Virus record (IMG/VR): IMGVR_UViG_3300037467_000966
DNA length: 64,000 nucleotides
Source: a virus
Lineage: Duplodnaviria; Heunggongvirae; Uroviricota; Caudoviricetes
Strand: one strand, 5' to 3'
The notes beneath the pieces were generated by a model that was given only the letters and a program-made list of their open reading frames with translations, did not search any database and was not told the DNA's origin. A program made the position numbers and the translations under genes. Shown here piece after piece: positions 43,107 to 53,401 of the stretch; the stretch's first letter is position 1, and the number at the start of each line of letters is the position of its first letter.

Positions 43107-43406
43107 TTACCAACTCTCCTCTAATATATATTTGGCAGCTTCCTTGTTGCTTTCTACTTCTACCTCCACATAAACTTTATTAAAGTAGTGATTGTAGTTG
43201 TAATTAAAGCTGCTGCAAGATGGACAAATGAAGAACACTTCACCATCCATCTTTGAATCTTCAATCTTGGTCATCCGTTCCATCGTGTAAGTGGTGTCGA
43301 TTTCCTGTTGGATGTATCTCAGCGTCATTTCATTCCAGTCGTCTGGAGTATGAGCTTCACCACAATCAGGACAGTCCCACCCATATGCTTTGATTCGCCT
43401 CTTCAA
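43107..43406 (-). CDS. Zn-finger hypothetical protein
   Basis: CPDC...CPSC; paralog-like to 26878-27081. Confidence 0.6.
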   Translation of the reverse strand: MKRRIKAYGWDCPDCGEAHTPDDWNEMTLRYIQQEIDTTYTMERMTKIEDSKMDGEVFFICPSCSSFNYNYNHYFNKVYVEVEVESNKEAAKYILEESW

Positions 43407-43746
43407 TTGGAATCAATCTCCCTTCGTGTTCCATCTGGAATCCCATCTTACTTCCATAACGGAAATAATATCTGTCTTCTTGAAGGCAACTCACAAATGT
43501 ATTCATAGAATCTCTGTCGCTCACCCCTTCACCGTACCATTCCAGCAACTCTCTGTCTTGCAAGTGGTACTTGATGGTCACTGTTCCATAGTGTTTGAGA
43601 TAAGCAATGCGTGCATTCCTGTCTATGATAACTTCATAAACGGCGTGACCACGTCGCATGGTACGGGCGGACCCAATACCCGACGCTCTCCTTGAGTTCT
43701 TCATTGCCTGTTGGTATAAGTTTTCAACCGTAACGATTCTCTTCAT
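43366..43746 (-). CDS. Hypothetical protein
   Basis: GAGGTG RBS. Confidence 0.6.
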   Translation of the reverse strand: MKRIVTVENLYQQAMKNSRRASGIGSARTMRRGHAVYEVIIDRNARIAYLKHYGTVTIKYHLQDRELLEWYGEGVSDRDSMNTFVSCLQEDRYYFRYGSKMGFQMEHEGRLIPIEEANQSIWVGLS

Positions 43747-43890
43747 CTGGAAGCACCTCTATTTCTTCTAGCCATTCTCTATATTCAGATTTCATGGCAT
43801 CCATCTTTTCATTAATACATCTTCTACATAGCCATCCACCCACTGAATACCGAAAGCATTCAGGGCAATTCATATCCATTTTAATTCCTC

Positions 43891-44211
43891 CTAGAACTCA
43901 GCATATCCCCATTGGTCAGGCTGATATCTAATAGCCCGTTGCTGCTGTGGTCTTGGCTCCTCCTGCACTGGAGATAATAGATGCGCATTATCTTTATTAG
44001 ATAACGTTATCTTCTGCAAATTTAAAATGTCCGTCTTAATAGTCTGCAATAACCCATGGGTGCTAGGCCCATAACTTGCATACTGACGGAAATGTTCACG
44101 CAAGAATGAGTCTTGCATACTAATGTGATATTGCAGCTGGTCAATAGTCTGAGTCAAGTCGCTTAATATTTTTATTGTTAGTTGTTTCTCCGACATACCC
44201 GTGTTCTCCAT
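43891..44211 (-). CDS. Hypothetical protein
   Basis: AAGGAG RBS. Confidence 0.55.
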   Translation of the reverse strand: MENTGMSEKQLTIKILSDLTQTIDQLQYHISMQDSFLREHFRQYASYGPSTHGLLQTIKTDILNLQKITLSNKDNAHLLSPVQEEPRPQQQRAIRYQPDQWGYAEF

Positions 44212-44416
44212 GACACTTAATCACTCCTTCGTGAAAGTTAATGTACTTGTTAAATGCATCCGTATCTTTGTAGTCCACCCACTCTAATAGGATGCCAGGG
44301 CACTCATTACATATCCATATATATGATTTGTTTTCTCTCCCATTGGGAGCAGATTCCAACTCTGTTAATGGCATATCAGCGCCGCACAATGGACACTCTA
44401 CTTTATTACCATTCAT
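44141..44416 (-). CDS. Zn-ribbon hypothetical protein
   Basis: CPLC...CNEC; ATG 44416 after AGGAG. Confidence 0.55.
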   Translation of the reverse strand: MNGNKVECPLCGADMPLTELESAPNGRENKSYIWICNECPGILLEWVDYKDTDAFNKYINFHEGVIKCHGEHGYVGETTNNKNIKRLDSDY

Positions 44417-44684
44417 ACGTCGGCAACTCCTTTTCAAAGTCAGCATCCTTGTCTAGATTAATCCATTCACATCCCAATCCCTTTGCATAATAAAGAACGG
44501 CAATAAGGTCGCGCGGGATATTTGTAATATGAACTTCCTCTTGATAGTCTAATACAGGAATCAACCAGCCATATTCTCTAGGATAAACAAGGAATCCTAC
44601 TGTTGTACCAGCTGTCATTAGCCAATCATTTGTACTCTCTGTAATGTGTCCTGTTGAAATGTCTAACATGTTTACTACTGCCAT
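44406..44684 (-). CDS. DUF5983-like protein
   Basis: LDISTGHIT, YGWLI, P.DL..VL.YA...GC.WI.LD.D. Confidence 0.55.
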   Translation of the reverse strand: MAVVNMLDISTGHITESTNDWLMTAGTTVGFLVYPREYGWLIPVLDYQEEVHITNIPRDLIAVLYYAKGLGCEWINLDKDADFEKELPTYEW

Positions 44685-44695
44685 AATAATCCCTC

Positions 44696-45034
44696 CTAAT
44701 ATTCTTTACTTAATAATCGTTTTGCTTTAATGTTGCTTTTAAAATCCATAGGTGAATGAACACGCACCTTTGTCCAATCATCTTTAGAGCAATAATCGTA
44801 TTCCAACTTATCAGTAAACCCATGGTCTTCTTTCATGCGGCTTTGGATATAGCCTACCCATAGTTGCACATGCTTCTGAAATTGCACATTGTTCTCTGCA
44901 CTACCTCGTGAGCCATACTGACTAGCCCCACAATTAAACTCTACAGACGTACCCTTCAGCAGCATTTTAGAAATAGCCCCAAAGTTATTGGCATTGATAC
45001 CATCAGGATACCGATAAACAGTTGTGAACTCCAT
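44696..45034 (-). CDS. Hypothetical protein
   Basis: ATG 45034 after GGAGGG. Confidence 0.55.
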   Translation of the reverse strand: MEFTTVYRYPDGINANNFGAISKMLLKGTSVEFNCGASQYGSRGSAENNVQFQKHVQLWVGYIQSRMKEDHGFTDKLEYDYCSKDDWTKVRVHSPMDFKSNIKAKRLLSKEY

Positions 45035-45057
45035 ACCTAAACCCTCCATTTCATAAT

Positions 45058-45085
45058 AAAAAAGCCTCACCCGAAGGCAAGGCTT
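45058..45085 (-). terminator. Intrinsic terminator
   Basis: UUCG hairpin then T6. Confidence 0.65.
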
Positions 45086-45088
45086 GAT

Positions 45089-45304
45089 TCACCATCCACT
45101 AAAGATGGCTTCTAATATTGCTCCTAAGAATTCAAAGAGCACTTCAACTACGAAGACTGTTGCGTGTCCCAGTCCCTTAATCAACCACCAAATACCTTTA
45201 AAGAACAATACGATTAATTTAAATGGTAAACAAAAAAGGTCTAGCATCAGCTCGAAAGCATCCTGCCAGAACCCCTTTCGCTTTTCCTTCTCCAGATTAA
45301 CCAT
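45089..45304 (-). CDS. Membrane protein
   Basis: Long hydrophobic segment. Confidence 0.6.
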   Translation of the reverse strand: MVNLEKEKRKGFWQDAFELMLDLFCLPFKLIVLFFKGIWWLIKGLGHATVFVVEVLFEFLGAILEAIFSGW

Positions 45305-45809
45305 TGATTTGACGTTTGATTTCGACTTCTAGTTTTGCTTCTGGCGGCTCCCAACCCTCTGGCTTCATAATCTTTCCGTCTGATTCACGGATGATTGGCT
45401 TACCATCAGCACCAAGCTTCGCCATGTTTGCAGCTTGCACGATTTCGAATAGAGCTTGTGGTTGAATACCAATCTCTACGCAAGTACCTGCAAGGAAGTA
45501 GAATGCATCTACTACAGCATCCATCTGACCGATAATCTTTTCGATATCAGTCTTATTGTACTCCATGCCTAATGATTTTACTTTCGCTTTCTCAAGACCA
45601 GCAATCATCTTGTCGTAAGCAGCTAGGAATTGTTCCTCATTGTCAGCAGACTGTTGAAGGAATTCAACCAACGCTTCTTCCCCTGTCCAGACAGCACGGT
45701 TTGTGCCGCGTCCAATCTCTAATGGCTTTGCTTCCTTCGCCACTGGATGATTAAATGCTGTGTGGAACTTTGCTACTTCTGCTACTACTAAATCTAAACC
45801 TTTAGTCAT
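45297..45809 (-). CDS. MazG-like/PRA-PH-like NTP pyrophosphohydrolase
   Basis: V..FH.AF.HP, EE..E, DA..D..Y, F..V..ANMAK..DGK...R.DGKI.KP.GW.PP. Confidence 0.85.
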   Translation of the reverse strand: MTKGLDLVVAEVAKFHTAFNHPVAKEAKPLEIGRGTNRAVWTGEEALVEFLQQSADNEEQFLAAYDKMIAGLEKAKVKSLGMEYNKTDIEKIIGQMDAVVDAFYFLAGTCVEIGIQPQALFEIVQAANMAKLGADGKPIIRESDGKIMKPEGWEPPEAKLEVEIKRQING

Positions 45810-45865
45810 GTTCTCAACTCTCCCTGATTAATTTATATTTGATTCCCTTTAATAGGATATCTCAC

Positions 45866-46816
45866 TTACTCGTTGCCGTCAATTCCAATTTCATTCATGA
45901 TTTCGTCAAGTTTCGACTCGATTGTTTGACGGTGATTCACACTGTTTTGCTTGAATGTCCAAGTCGGTGCGTTAATCATTCTGTCTACCTCATCCAAGAT
46001 AAAATTTCGTTGACGGTAGATGTGGTGTTTGTTATAATTAAGATTGCGACCAACCTCTTCCAACTGGGTATTTAAGCGCTGGACTTCTGCTGAGAGGTCC
46101 ATTTCTTTTTTCTGCCAGTCTTTTTGTGCTCTGGTTAGCTCGTCGATTTCCTCCATGAATCCATCGACTTCCTTCATAATATCCTCTTGCTTCGTTACCA
46201 ATGCAGCTTTCTCATTCTGCAATGTCTCAATTTGAGCACGAAGATTATCAATCAGATTCTCATCAGTTACTTCAATCTTATTTGCAATTGAATTCAAATG
46301 ACCAGTTATCTCAGCAGGGAAGGTTTGAAGGTATCCAATGATATCATTCATCGCACCTTTCAGCTCAGATAATACTTGATTGTTATTCCCTACTAGGATA
46401 ACAGTCTCTGCATTATCCTCTTGAGTTAACTTACGAACAATTTCTACTTCAGGTTGAACCGCGGCTTTCATCTCATATTCCTCCCGTTTTGGTCTTGTTC
46501 TTCCAGCTTTCTCTCTCGTTGTAACATTCCCAAGGTTGCTCAATAATTTATATACATTCCAATGCGACGGCGTTCCTTGTCTTCCTAAGAATGTTCTGTC
46601 TAACCATCCTTCATTTGATAGATATGTAACCACTCCATTCAGATACGAAATACTTCCGAAGTGAGGAGCTACAATTGGGTCTTCAAGCAGCTGCCGAATC
46701 GTAAAGCGAACCTCGTTTGTGTTGTCCTTGTACTTTACCATGTAGTCTGCGATTGCTTTCAGTTGTTTCTCTGAAGGAATAATTTCATATTTTCCTAACT
46801 CTTTTGTTTCTGTCAT
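45866..46816 (-). CDS. Putative wHTH plus coiled-coil protein
   Basis: N-terminal helical/wing pattern, long C-terminal heptads. Confidence 0.55.
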   Translation of the reverse strand: MTETKELGKYEIIPSEKQLKAIADYMVKYKDNTNEVRFTIRQLLEDPIVAPHFGSISYLNGVVTYLSNEGWLDRTFLGRQGTPSHWNVYKLLSNLGNVTTREKAGRTRPKREEYEMKAAVQPEVEIVRKLTQEDNAETVILVGNNNQVLSELKGAMNDIIGYLQTFPAEITGHLNSIANKIEVTDENLIDNLRAQIETLQNEKAALVTKQEDIMKEVDGFMEEIDELTRAQKDWQKKEMDLSAEVQRLNTQLEEVGRNLNYNKHHIYRQRNFILDEVDRMINAPTWTFKQNSVNHRQTIESKLDEIMNEIGIDGNE

Positions 46817-46840
46817 TTGTTTTCCACTCCTTTAATAGAT

Positions 46841-46864
46841 AAAAAAGAGGAGCCATAGCCCCTC
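46841..46864 (-). terminator. Intrinsic terminator after pcrA
   Basis: GAGGGGC-TATG-GCTCCTC then T6. Confidence 0.75.
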
Positions 46865-46890
46865 CCCGACTTACCTATATTCTACAAAAT

Positions 46891-48819
46891 CTAAATTCGT
46901 TTTACAAATCGCTGAGGAACTTCCCTCAAGAATCTCGATGGACGATTAAAGATTGGGCGCTGCTGACCATACTCATAACGTTGTTTGCAGTAAGTCATAA
47001 ACAATCTTTTCTCTGCTCGTGTCATTGCTACATACATCAGACGGCGCTCTTCTTCCATCTCCATTGGGTCATCCATTGAACGACCATGTGGGAAGATAGT
47101 CTCTTCACATCCAATGATGAATACGTTCTTGAACTCCAATCCTTTAGCGGCATGCACTGTCATTAATGTAACAGCACTCATGTCTTCCATTGAATCAATA
47201 TCAGCTACTAGAGTTGTTTCAGTCAGGAATTCTGCCAGTGATTTTGTTTCACTTTCGGATTCCTCCATCCACTTACCAGCCATGTTGATAAGCTCTTGAA
47301 TGTTCTCATAACGAGATACATCTTCTTCCTTATCCAGATTCAATGTACTCATGTAATTGGTTTCTCTAATCACCAATCGAATCAATTCAGGTACGGAGAA
47401 TTCATCCGAGCCTTGGAACTCATCGAACTTCTTCATCATGGCTAAGAATTCTTTTATGGAAGCCAATGCTTTCTTTGGAATCTTTGGAATGTCATCCACA
47501 TTCTCTAGTGCTTTCGGGAATGGAATGCCACATGCATTTGCATAATCCTGAATCTTTCCAATGGTTGAATCACCAATGCCACGCTTGGGTACATTAATGA
47601 TACGGTTAAAGGCTAGTACGTCTACCCCATTATCAATAGCCCGCAAGTAAGCGACTAAGTCTTTAATCTCTTTTCTATCATAGAAGGCATGTCCTCCTAC
47701 CAGTTGATACGGGACTCCATACTGGGAGAATGCTTTTTCTATTTCACGGGACTGGCGATTGGTACGATAGAGAACAGCGTACTGGTCCCAGTCATCTTTA
47801 TTTACAAACTGTAAACGTCTGATGGCTTGGCAAACAAAGTCTGCTTCACGTCCGTCGTCGTCCGCCTGATACATATAAATAGGCTCACCAATCTCTGCTT
47901 CAGAGAAAGCTGTCTTCTCCAGCCGCTGTGTATTCTTTTCAATAACAGCATTCGAAGCATCAACGATGTTGCGTGTTGAACGATAGTTCTGCTCCAGCTT
48001 ATACACCTTTGTACCTGGGAAGTACTGAGCAAAGTTTAAGATGTTTGCAATCTCTGCTCCACGGAATCTATAGATAGATTGGTCTGTATCACCAACCGCG
48101 AATAAGTTTTGATGACCAGCAGATAGCTGTTGTAATAATTTAAATTGAGCCTTGTTTGTATCCTGTGTTTCATCTGTCATTACATATCTAAACTGCTGCT
48201 GATAATGGTCGCGTGCTCGTTCACATACATTGAACAGTTGAACTACTTTCAAGATACAGTCATCGTAATCAATATAATTATTCTCTACCTTCTTCTCTTC
48301 GTAAGCAGCATAGACATGAGCTACTTCCTTCTCATACTCGCTAGTCGCTTGAGCCAAATAATCTTCAGGACTTAACAGAGCATTCTTCGCATTACTAATC
48401 TCTGTCTTCATGGATGCTGGTTCTTTATCGCTACCAATCAGAGCCAAGACTTCTTTGAAGATTTTTGTTTGGTCAGGGTCATCAATAATAGTGAATTTCT
48501 CAAGACCAATCTCGCTACCGAATCGAGATAAGATACGGATACAAATACTATGGAAGGTTCCCATCCAAACATCGCGTCCAGCAGGCCCCACTAAGTCCAC
48601 GATACGAGCCTTCATTTCTTTCGATGCTTTGTTTGTAAAAGTCACCGCAAGTATTTGCCAAGGCTTCACCTGACATGGGCCTAATAGATAAGCGATACGG
48701 TGTGTTAGAACGCGTGTCTTCCCCGAACCTGCGCCTGCTAACGTCAGCAAATAACCTTCTGTATCCTTTACAATCTCTCTCTGTACTGGATTCAAACCAT
48801 TCAATAATTCCACCAACAC
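46891..48819 (-). CDS. pcrA: PcrA/UvrD SF1A helicase
   Basis: AGAGSGKT, DETQDTN..Q, GD.DQSIY.FRGA, LEQNYRS, HAAKGLEF, EERRL.YVAMTRA. Confidence 0.97.
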   Translation of the reverse strand: MLVELLNGLNPVQREIVKDTEGYLLTLAGAGSGKTRVLTHRIAYLLGPCQVKPWQILAVTFTNKASKEMKARIVDLVGPAGRDVWMGTFHSICIRILSRFGSEIGLEKFTIIDDPDQTKIFKEVLALIGSDKEPASMKTEISNAKNALLSPEDYLAQATSEYEKEVAHVYAAYEEKKVENNYIDYDDCILKVVQLFNVCERARDHYQQQFRYVMTDETQDTNKAQFKLLQQLSAGHQNLFAVGDTDQSIYRFRGAEIANILNFAQYFPGTKVYKLEQNYRSTRNIVDASNAVIEKNTQRLEKTAFSEAEIGEPIYMYQADDDGREADFVCQAIRRLQFVNKDDWDQYAVLYRTNRQSREIEKAFSQYGVPYQLVGGHAFYDRKEIKDLVAYLRAIDNGVDVLAFNRIINVPKRGIGDSTIGKIQDYANACGIPFPKALENVDDIPKIPKKALASIKEFLAMMKKFDEFQGSDEFSVPELIRLVIRETNYMSTLNLDKEEDVSRYENIQELINMAGKWMEESESETKSLAEFLTETTLVADIDSMEDMSAVTLMTVHAAKGLEFKNVFIIGCEETIFPHGRSMDDPMEMEEERRLMYVAMTRAEKRLFMTYCKQRYEYGQQRPIFNRPSRFLREVPQRFVKRI

Positions 48820-48855
48820 AACCTCCTTTAGTTTCCACTCTATATTGTTACATGA

Positions 48856-49044
48856 TTATTTCGTGGTGTCCAGTGCTAAAAGTTTCTGCAATCTGTCATG
48901 CGCTTCTTTCAATTCGTCTAGTTCTGCAAAGCGGACACCCTTGTACCAAACTTCCCAGAGTTGTGTTTCTTTATCTAATATGATGCCCGTTTCAGGAACA
49001 ATCACTGGCTGCGGCATCTTCTGAACTGTGCTTCTTGATAACAT
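48856..49044 (-). CDS. Hypothetical protein
   Basis: GGAGG RBS. Confidence 0.55.
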   Translation of the reverse strand: MLSRSTVQKMPQPVIVPETGIILDKETQLWEVWYKGVRFAELDELKEAHDRLQKLLALDTTK

Positions 49045-49045
49045 A

Positions 49046-49489
49046 TTAATGAACCTCCCTTTGTTCTACTGTAAATACATAGTCAATTTCATTTCCTTCT
49101 TCATCGCCAACACAATCCAGTTCAGGGAACTCAGGATACTTATCTTGAATGAACCTTGATAAGTTACAGTTGCATGAATAGTTACCATCTTCAAACATAT
49201 ATTCAGCCGATTCTACAGGGTAGCCTGGGCCGTAATCATATTCAAATGTGTAACGCTTGCCCTTGAATCTTGCGTCCACTAGAACGACTGTGTGAAGCCT
49301 TACATCTGGTCCTTCGTATTCAGCAAAGACAATAATCTGGTCGCCTGCTGCTTGCTTAATAGCTTCCTTAAACTCAGCTCTTTCTTCTTTAGTCGAGAAG
49401 AAGTAGCCATCTTCCTGATAGAAGTCACCAAGCTTTTCTTTTATCCTAGGCTCTGCTTGACCCCAGAACTTTATATAATATTCGTACAT
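49046..49489 (-). CDS. Hypothetical protein
   Basis: GNYSCNCN..FI...C motif. Confidence 0.65.
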   Translation of the reverse strand: MYEYYIKFWGQAEPRIKEKLGDFYQEDGYFFSTKEERAEFKEAIKQAAGDQIIVFAEYEGPDVRLHTVVLVDARFKGKRYTFEYDYGPGYPVESAEYMFEDGNYSCNCNLSRFIQDKYPEFPELDCVGDEEGNEIDYVFTVEQREVH

Positions 49490-49533
49490 GTTACACCACC
49501 TTAAGTTATTTGGTAGTAGGAAACAACAGCGGA

Positions 49534-49821
49534 TTAAACCGCTGCTGCCACCATTTTCTCACCATCGTATTTCTTCTTCAAGAAGTACAACCATACACCA
49601 TAGACAATACTGTGAAGCATGTTAGCTAAGCCTGCGATAGATGACTGCATGTGGAAGACCAGCAATAACAGCCAGCTCATACCAAACGCATACGCTAGGT
49701 TTAATACCCAACCAACGCCTGGTAAGTGCAATAACTTAACCAATGCTCGACGGTACTTCCATACTGGAATGATTGTAGCTACCGTAGAAATACTGGTGTA
49801 GATAAGAAGTTCTCCTACCAT
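49534..49821 (-). CDS. Membrane protein, 3 TM
   Basis: ATG 49821 after GGAGGGG. Confidence 0.6.
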   Translation of the reverse strand: MVGELLIYTSISTVATIIPVWKYRRALVKLLHLPGVGWVLNLAYAFGMSWLLLLVFHMQSSIAGLANMLHSIVYGVWLYFLKKKYDGEKMVAAAV

Positions 49822-49867
49822 TAAGAACCCCTCCTTTATTAAGATATATATAAAACAAAAGAGCAGG

Positions 49868-50398
49868 CTAGGCCCGCTCAAATGTGATATATTGCGATGG
49901 ATACTTGTCATCATCTGCTTGAAGCACATCACCATAATGTGTCTTCCAAGTACCTGTAATCGTAGGGAACTTTGTGTCCCCCTCTAAATGCGCTAATACC
50001 TTTGTGATATAAATCTTATCAGCATAAGGTAGGAACTGCTCATAGATTTGAGCACCGCCAATAATAAAGAACTCTTGCTCAGGAGCAAGTTTGGCTAGTT
50101 GAAAGAACTCTTCAATGCTAGGAACAACTGTTGTGTCTGCATAGAGAGGATTCATTTCCACCATTTTCTTCCCCCGAATATCAACAGCAAGTGAGGCATC
50201 ACGAGATAAGATAACATTATTTCTATTAGGAAGGGGGCGACCAATACTTTCGTAGGTCTTCCTTCCCATTACAACTACCTTACCTGTTGTTAATTCTTTA
50301 AATCGGCGTAAGTCCGACTTCATTTCTTTTCCCCAAGGCATGTCACCATCAAGACCAATGTTACGATTCCTATCCATAGCGGCTATCAGCGATATCAT
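49868..50398 (-). CDS. dfrA: Dihydrofolate reductase
   Basis: LIAAMD.N..IG..G.MPW, DL..FKELT, VMGRKT.ESIG.PLP.R.N, IIGGAQIY. Confidence 0.96.
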   Translation of the reverse strand: MISLIAAMDRNRNIGLDGDMPWGKEMKSDLRRFKELTTGKVVVMGRKTYESIGRPLPNRNNVILSRDASLAVDIRGKKMVEMNPLYADTTVVPSIEEFFQLAKLAPEQEFFIIGGAQIYEQFLPYADKIYITKVLAHLEGDTKFPTITGTWKTHYGDVLQADDDKYPSQYITFERA

Positions 50399-50556
50399 AC
50401 GTCGTAGTTATCCTTACAGTAACGAACCATAATGTCAGATAACTCTGCGATGTTTGCATTCAAGATTTCCTGGGTAGGGCTATTCAAAACTTCATAACCC
50501 TTACCTTGAATCAATGCTTCCTTCAGTGCGTTTAATGCCAGTATCATTTCATCCAT
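50395..50556 (-). CDS. 53-aa hypothetical protein (not in ORF track)
   Basis: TAATG and ATGA coupling between thyA and dfrA. Confidence 0.5.
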   Translation of the reverse strand: MDEMILALNALKEALIQGKGYEVLNSPTQEILNANIAELSDIMVRYCKDNYDV

Positions 50557-51455
50557 TAGATAGCCACCTCGAATGGGATAGTTGGTCCGCTGATATAATC
50601 AAACAACTTAATGTCATCCATAGTGAAGTCATAGAAGTTTGTGATGTTTGGATTCAACCATAATGTCGGAGCAGGGAATTCCTGATTCCTCATTTGCTCT
50701 TCCAATCCATTCACATGACGCTCATAGATGTGGGCATTGTTAATGTTGAATGTTAATGTCCCGATATCATACTTACATACCTGAGCCATCATACGCTGCA
50801 ACACGTAGTACTGGTAGACATTGAATGGATTGCCCAAGGCCATGTCATTGCTTCTTACTCCTACGATTAAGTGAAGCTTACGGTTCTGCACAATCCATTG
50901 TGAGTTCCATACGCAAGGAGTCAAAGCCATTTCATCCAAGTCTGTAATGTTCCAAAGACTTACGATGTGACGGCGGCTGGTAGGATTCGTTTTCAATTGC
51001 CAGATAAGATAGTCTACTTGGTCAATCAACCAGTTGTTCACATCAAACTCAATGATTTCTTTCTTAGGGTCATGAAGCGTAATGTCATATTGACTCTTCG
51101 GAACAACGCGGCAGGGCTTACCAAGTTGAGCACCGTATGCTGGCCCAATAGTTCCATCCTCTTTAATCCATTCATCCCAGATGGTCACACCCATGTTATG
51201 AAAGTCTTCTGCTCTATTGGTCTTCATTTGCCAGAACAAAAGCATCTCTTTCGTAGCGGTTCTTTCTGCTACCTTCTTCCTTGTCAGAATAGGTACTTCT
51301 GTTCCATCGAAATGCATTTGAGCATTCAGGATACTCTGGGTGTAAGCAGGTGTACCGTCAGACCATTTCGTCCGCACAGGTTCCCCTCTGTCCCAGACTC
51401 CTTCCATCATGATTTGGTGAATGATTTTGTCGTACTCTTTATCAGCTTGTGGCAT
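50556..51455 (-). CDS. thyA: Thymidylate synthase (ThyA)
   Basis: IWDEW, GPAYG, SRRH, ALTPC, RSND..LG.PFN, NAHIY; ATG 51455. Confidence 0.95.
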   Translation of the reverse strand: MPQADKEYDKIIHQIMMEGVWDRGEPVRTKWSDGTPAYTQSILNAQMHFDGTEVPILTRKKVAERTATKEMLLFWQMKTNRAEDFHNMGVTIWDEWIKEDGTIGPAYGAQLGKPCRVVPKSQYDITLHDPKKEIIEFDVNNWLIDQVDYLIWQLKTNPTSRRHIVSLWNITDLDEMALTPCVWNSQWIVQNRKLHLIVGVRSNDMALGNPFNVYQYYVLQRMMAQVCKYDIGTLTFNINNAHIYERHVNGLEEQMRNQEFPAPTLWLNPNITNFYDFTMDDIKLFDYISGPTIPFEVAI

Positions 51456-51476
51456 GTTTGACTCTCCCCCTGTTAT

Positions 51477-51507
51477 AAAAAAAGGGAGCAACCCGCAGGC
51501 AACTCCC
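51477..51507 (-). terminator. Intrinsic terminator after recA
   Basis: GGGAGTTGCC-TGCG-GGTTGCTCCC then T7. Confidence 0.8.
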
Positions 51508-51516
51508 CGTATTTAA

Positions 51517-52575
51517 TTAGTAACCTTCTTCTGAAACCTTCTCGTCTTCTGCTATATCTGGTGCTTCAAGTTCCACACCACGAAGCTTGTTCTCAAGTTC
51601 AATTAAGAAGCTTGGATGTTGACGAAGGAATTCAGTCATCGCTGCGCGGCCTTGCCATTTGCAAATCTCACCATCGCGTTCTAATGGTTCACCGTTCTCA
51701 TCTTCATAGCGGAACCAAGCACCAGCTTGACGGATGATACCAGCTAATAATACCAGCTGAGAAATCTCATCCACACGGTCAACACCTTTGCCATAGAACA
51801 AGCTGAAGGTTGCCTCTTTACCTGGCATACCTACTTTGTTCTTAACAACTTTGACCTTCATCTGATGACCAATTTGGTCTCCAGCTTTGTTCTTGAACAG
51901 TTCACCAGAACGTACATTCAAACGGACTGAGCTGTAGAATGGTAACGCACGACCACCTGAAGTTGTTGTAGGCGTACCAGCTGGGCTGAAAGCACCTGGC
52001 TTTTCACGAATCTGGTTAATAAATAACACAGTACAATCGTGGTGGTAAGCTGGGCCATTTAACTTCTGGCAAGTAGTACTCATGAATCGGGCTAACAGTG
52101 CCATCGTTTGTTGTTCAACAGATGACTCAACAATCTTTGATGGTGTTAAAGCCGATACAGAGTCAACAATGATTAAGCGAACTTCGCCTGAACGAATCAG
52201 AGCGTCGGTAGTATCAATCGCATTCTCAGCAGTTTCTGGGTCAATGTAAATCAATGAGCCTAAATCTACACCGTATTCAGCGGCAAGTACAGGGTCAAAT
52301 GTATGCTCCGCATCGACAAATGCTACATATCCTTCTCCTGCACGTTGCACTTCCGCAGCGTGTAGTAATGCTAGTGTGGTTTTACCAGCTGATGTCGGGC
52401 CGAATACTTCAACCAAACGACCTCTTGGAATCCCACCTCGTCCTAGTGCTAGGTCTAATGTTAGTGAACCAGAGTTAAACACTTTGATTTCACGAACGTA
52501 ATCAGGTGTTAGGATTTGCGCTGTGCCAGCACCAAACTGCTTATTAATTTGAGCTAAAACTTTGTCTAATGACAT
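51517..52575 (-). CDS. recA: RecA recombinase
   Basis: SGSLTLDLALG.GG.PRGR.VEVFGP..AGKTT, DSVSAL, INQIR, GGRAL.FY.SVRL, KNKV. Confidence 0.97.
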   Translation of the reverse strand: MSLDKVLAQINKQFGAGTAQILTPDYVREIKVFNSGSLTLDLALGRGGIPRGRLVEVFGPTSAGKTTLALLHAAEVQRAGEGYVAFVDAEHTFDPVLAAEYGVDLGSLIYIDPETAENAIDTTDALIRSGEVRLIIVDSVSALTPSKIVESSVEQQTMALLARFMSTTCQKLNGPAYHHDCTVLFINQIREKPGAFSPAGTPTTTSGGRALPFYSSVRLNVRSGELFKNKAGDQIGHQMKVKVVKNKVGMPGKEATFSLFYGKGVDRVDEISQLVLLAGIIRQAGAWFRYEDENGEPLERDGEICKWQGRAAMTEFLRQHPSFLIELENKLRGVELEAPDIAEDEKVSEEGY

Positions 52576-52598
52576 ATACCAAACAACTCCCCGTATAG

Positions 52599-52919
52599 TT
52601 AGCTAATTTTTATATCTAATGCGTCGAGTGCAGCCTGCATTGCATCTACTTTCTCGGCATAGTATAACTGCATGTCGTAGTCTTTAAGCGAATCAATTTT
52701 GTCTGTTAGTTCTTTAATCTTAGCAGACAACTCTTCCTTTGCGGAAGATTTCTTTAATCCATCTGGATTGAAATATTTATACTCTTCGTCGATACATTCT
52801 TGAACGAGTTCCTTGGCCTCGTCTTGCCCATGACTCTGTGAATAATTCACGTATAATTGCATTAAGAATTGATGAAGCCCTTGCTTTAATTCGGCTCTCG
52901 CCTTACGTTGGTCAGACAT
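52599..52919 (-). CDS. Hypothetical protein
   Basis: GGGGG RBS. Confidence 0.65.
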   Translation of the reverse strand: MSDQRKARAELKQGLHQFLMQLYVNYSQSHGQDEAKELVQECIDEEYKYFNPDGLKKSSAKEELSAKIKELTDKIDSLKDYDMQLYYAEKVDAMQAALDALDIKIS

Positions 52920-52966
52920 CTAAATCCCCCTTAAATACATTGCCCCCGAAGGGTTAGGAACACCTA

Positions 52967-53401
52967 TTAGAAAGGTGCTCCGCCTGCGTATGGGTCTGGT
53001 GTATAAGCAGGTTCTTGTGGTGGTGGTGTTTGACGTTGATATCCTCCGCCACCTTGACCGCCGCCAGAATCTTTCGCGCTGCCTAAGAACTGAACCTTAT
53101 CAGCGTGCAACTCCCATACATCGCGTGGGTATTCAGCACCTTCTGGTGTCTTCGCTGTGTAAGTACGCTTTTGCATGCGTCCTGTTACTAATACCTCACG
53201 ACCCTTGGTTAGGTACTTGCCGACATTCTCAGCTTGCTTTCTCCAAACTACTACATCATAGAAGTCTGTGCCTTCTCCGTAATCACGGTCACAAGCCACT
53301 GCAAAGTTAGCAACTGCTGTTTCTTGTCCTCCTACCATTACATTGCGAACCTCTGGGTCCTTTGTTAAACGTCCTACTACAAATGTTTGAGATAAACTCA
53401 T
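52967..53401 (-). CDS. ssb: Single-stranded DNA-binding protein
   Basis: GRLTKDPE.R, VA.F.VA.DR, DFY.VV.W...AE....YL.KG..V.V.GR; C-terminal PF. Confidence 0.96.
   Translation of the reverse strand: MSLSQTFVVGRLTKDPEVRNVMVGGQETAVANFAVACDRDYGEGTDFYDVVVWRKQAENVGKYLTKGREVLVTGRMQKRTYTAKTPEGAEYPRDVWELHADKVQFLGSAKDSGGGQGGGGYQRQTPPPQEPAYTPDPYAGGAPF

Noticed and set aside
27807-51455. Hypermodified-base or uracil-DNA pathway
   Set aside because: Only standard dTTP enzymes plus a UDG are present; no hydroxymethylase, glycosyltransferase, PurZ or queuosine-pathway genes in this window.
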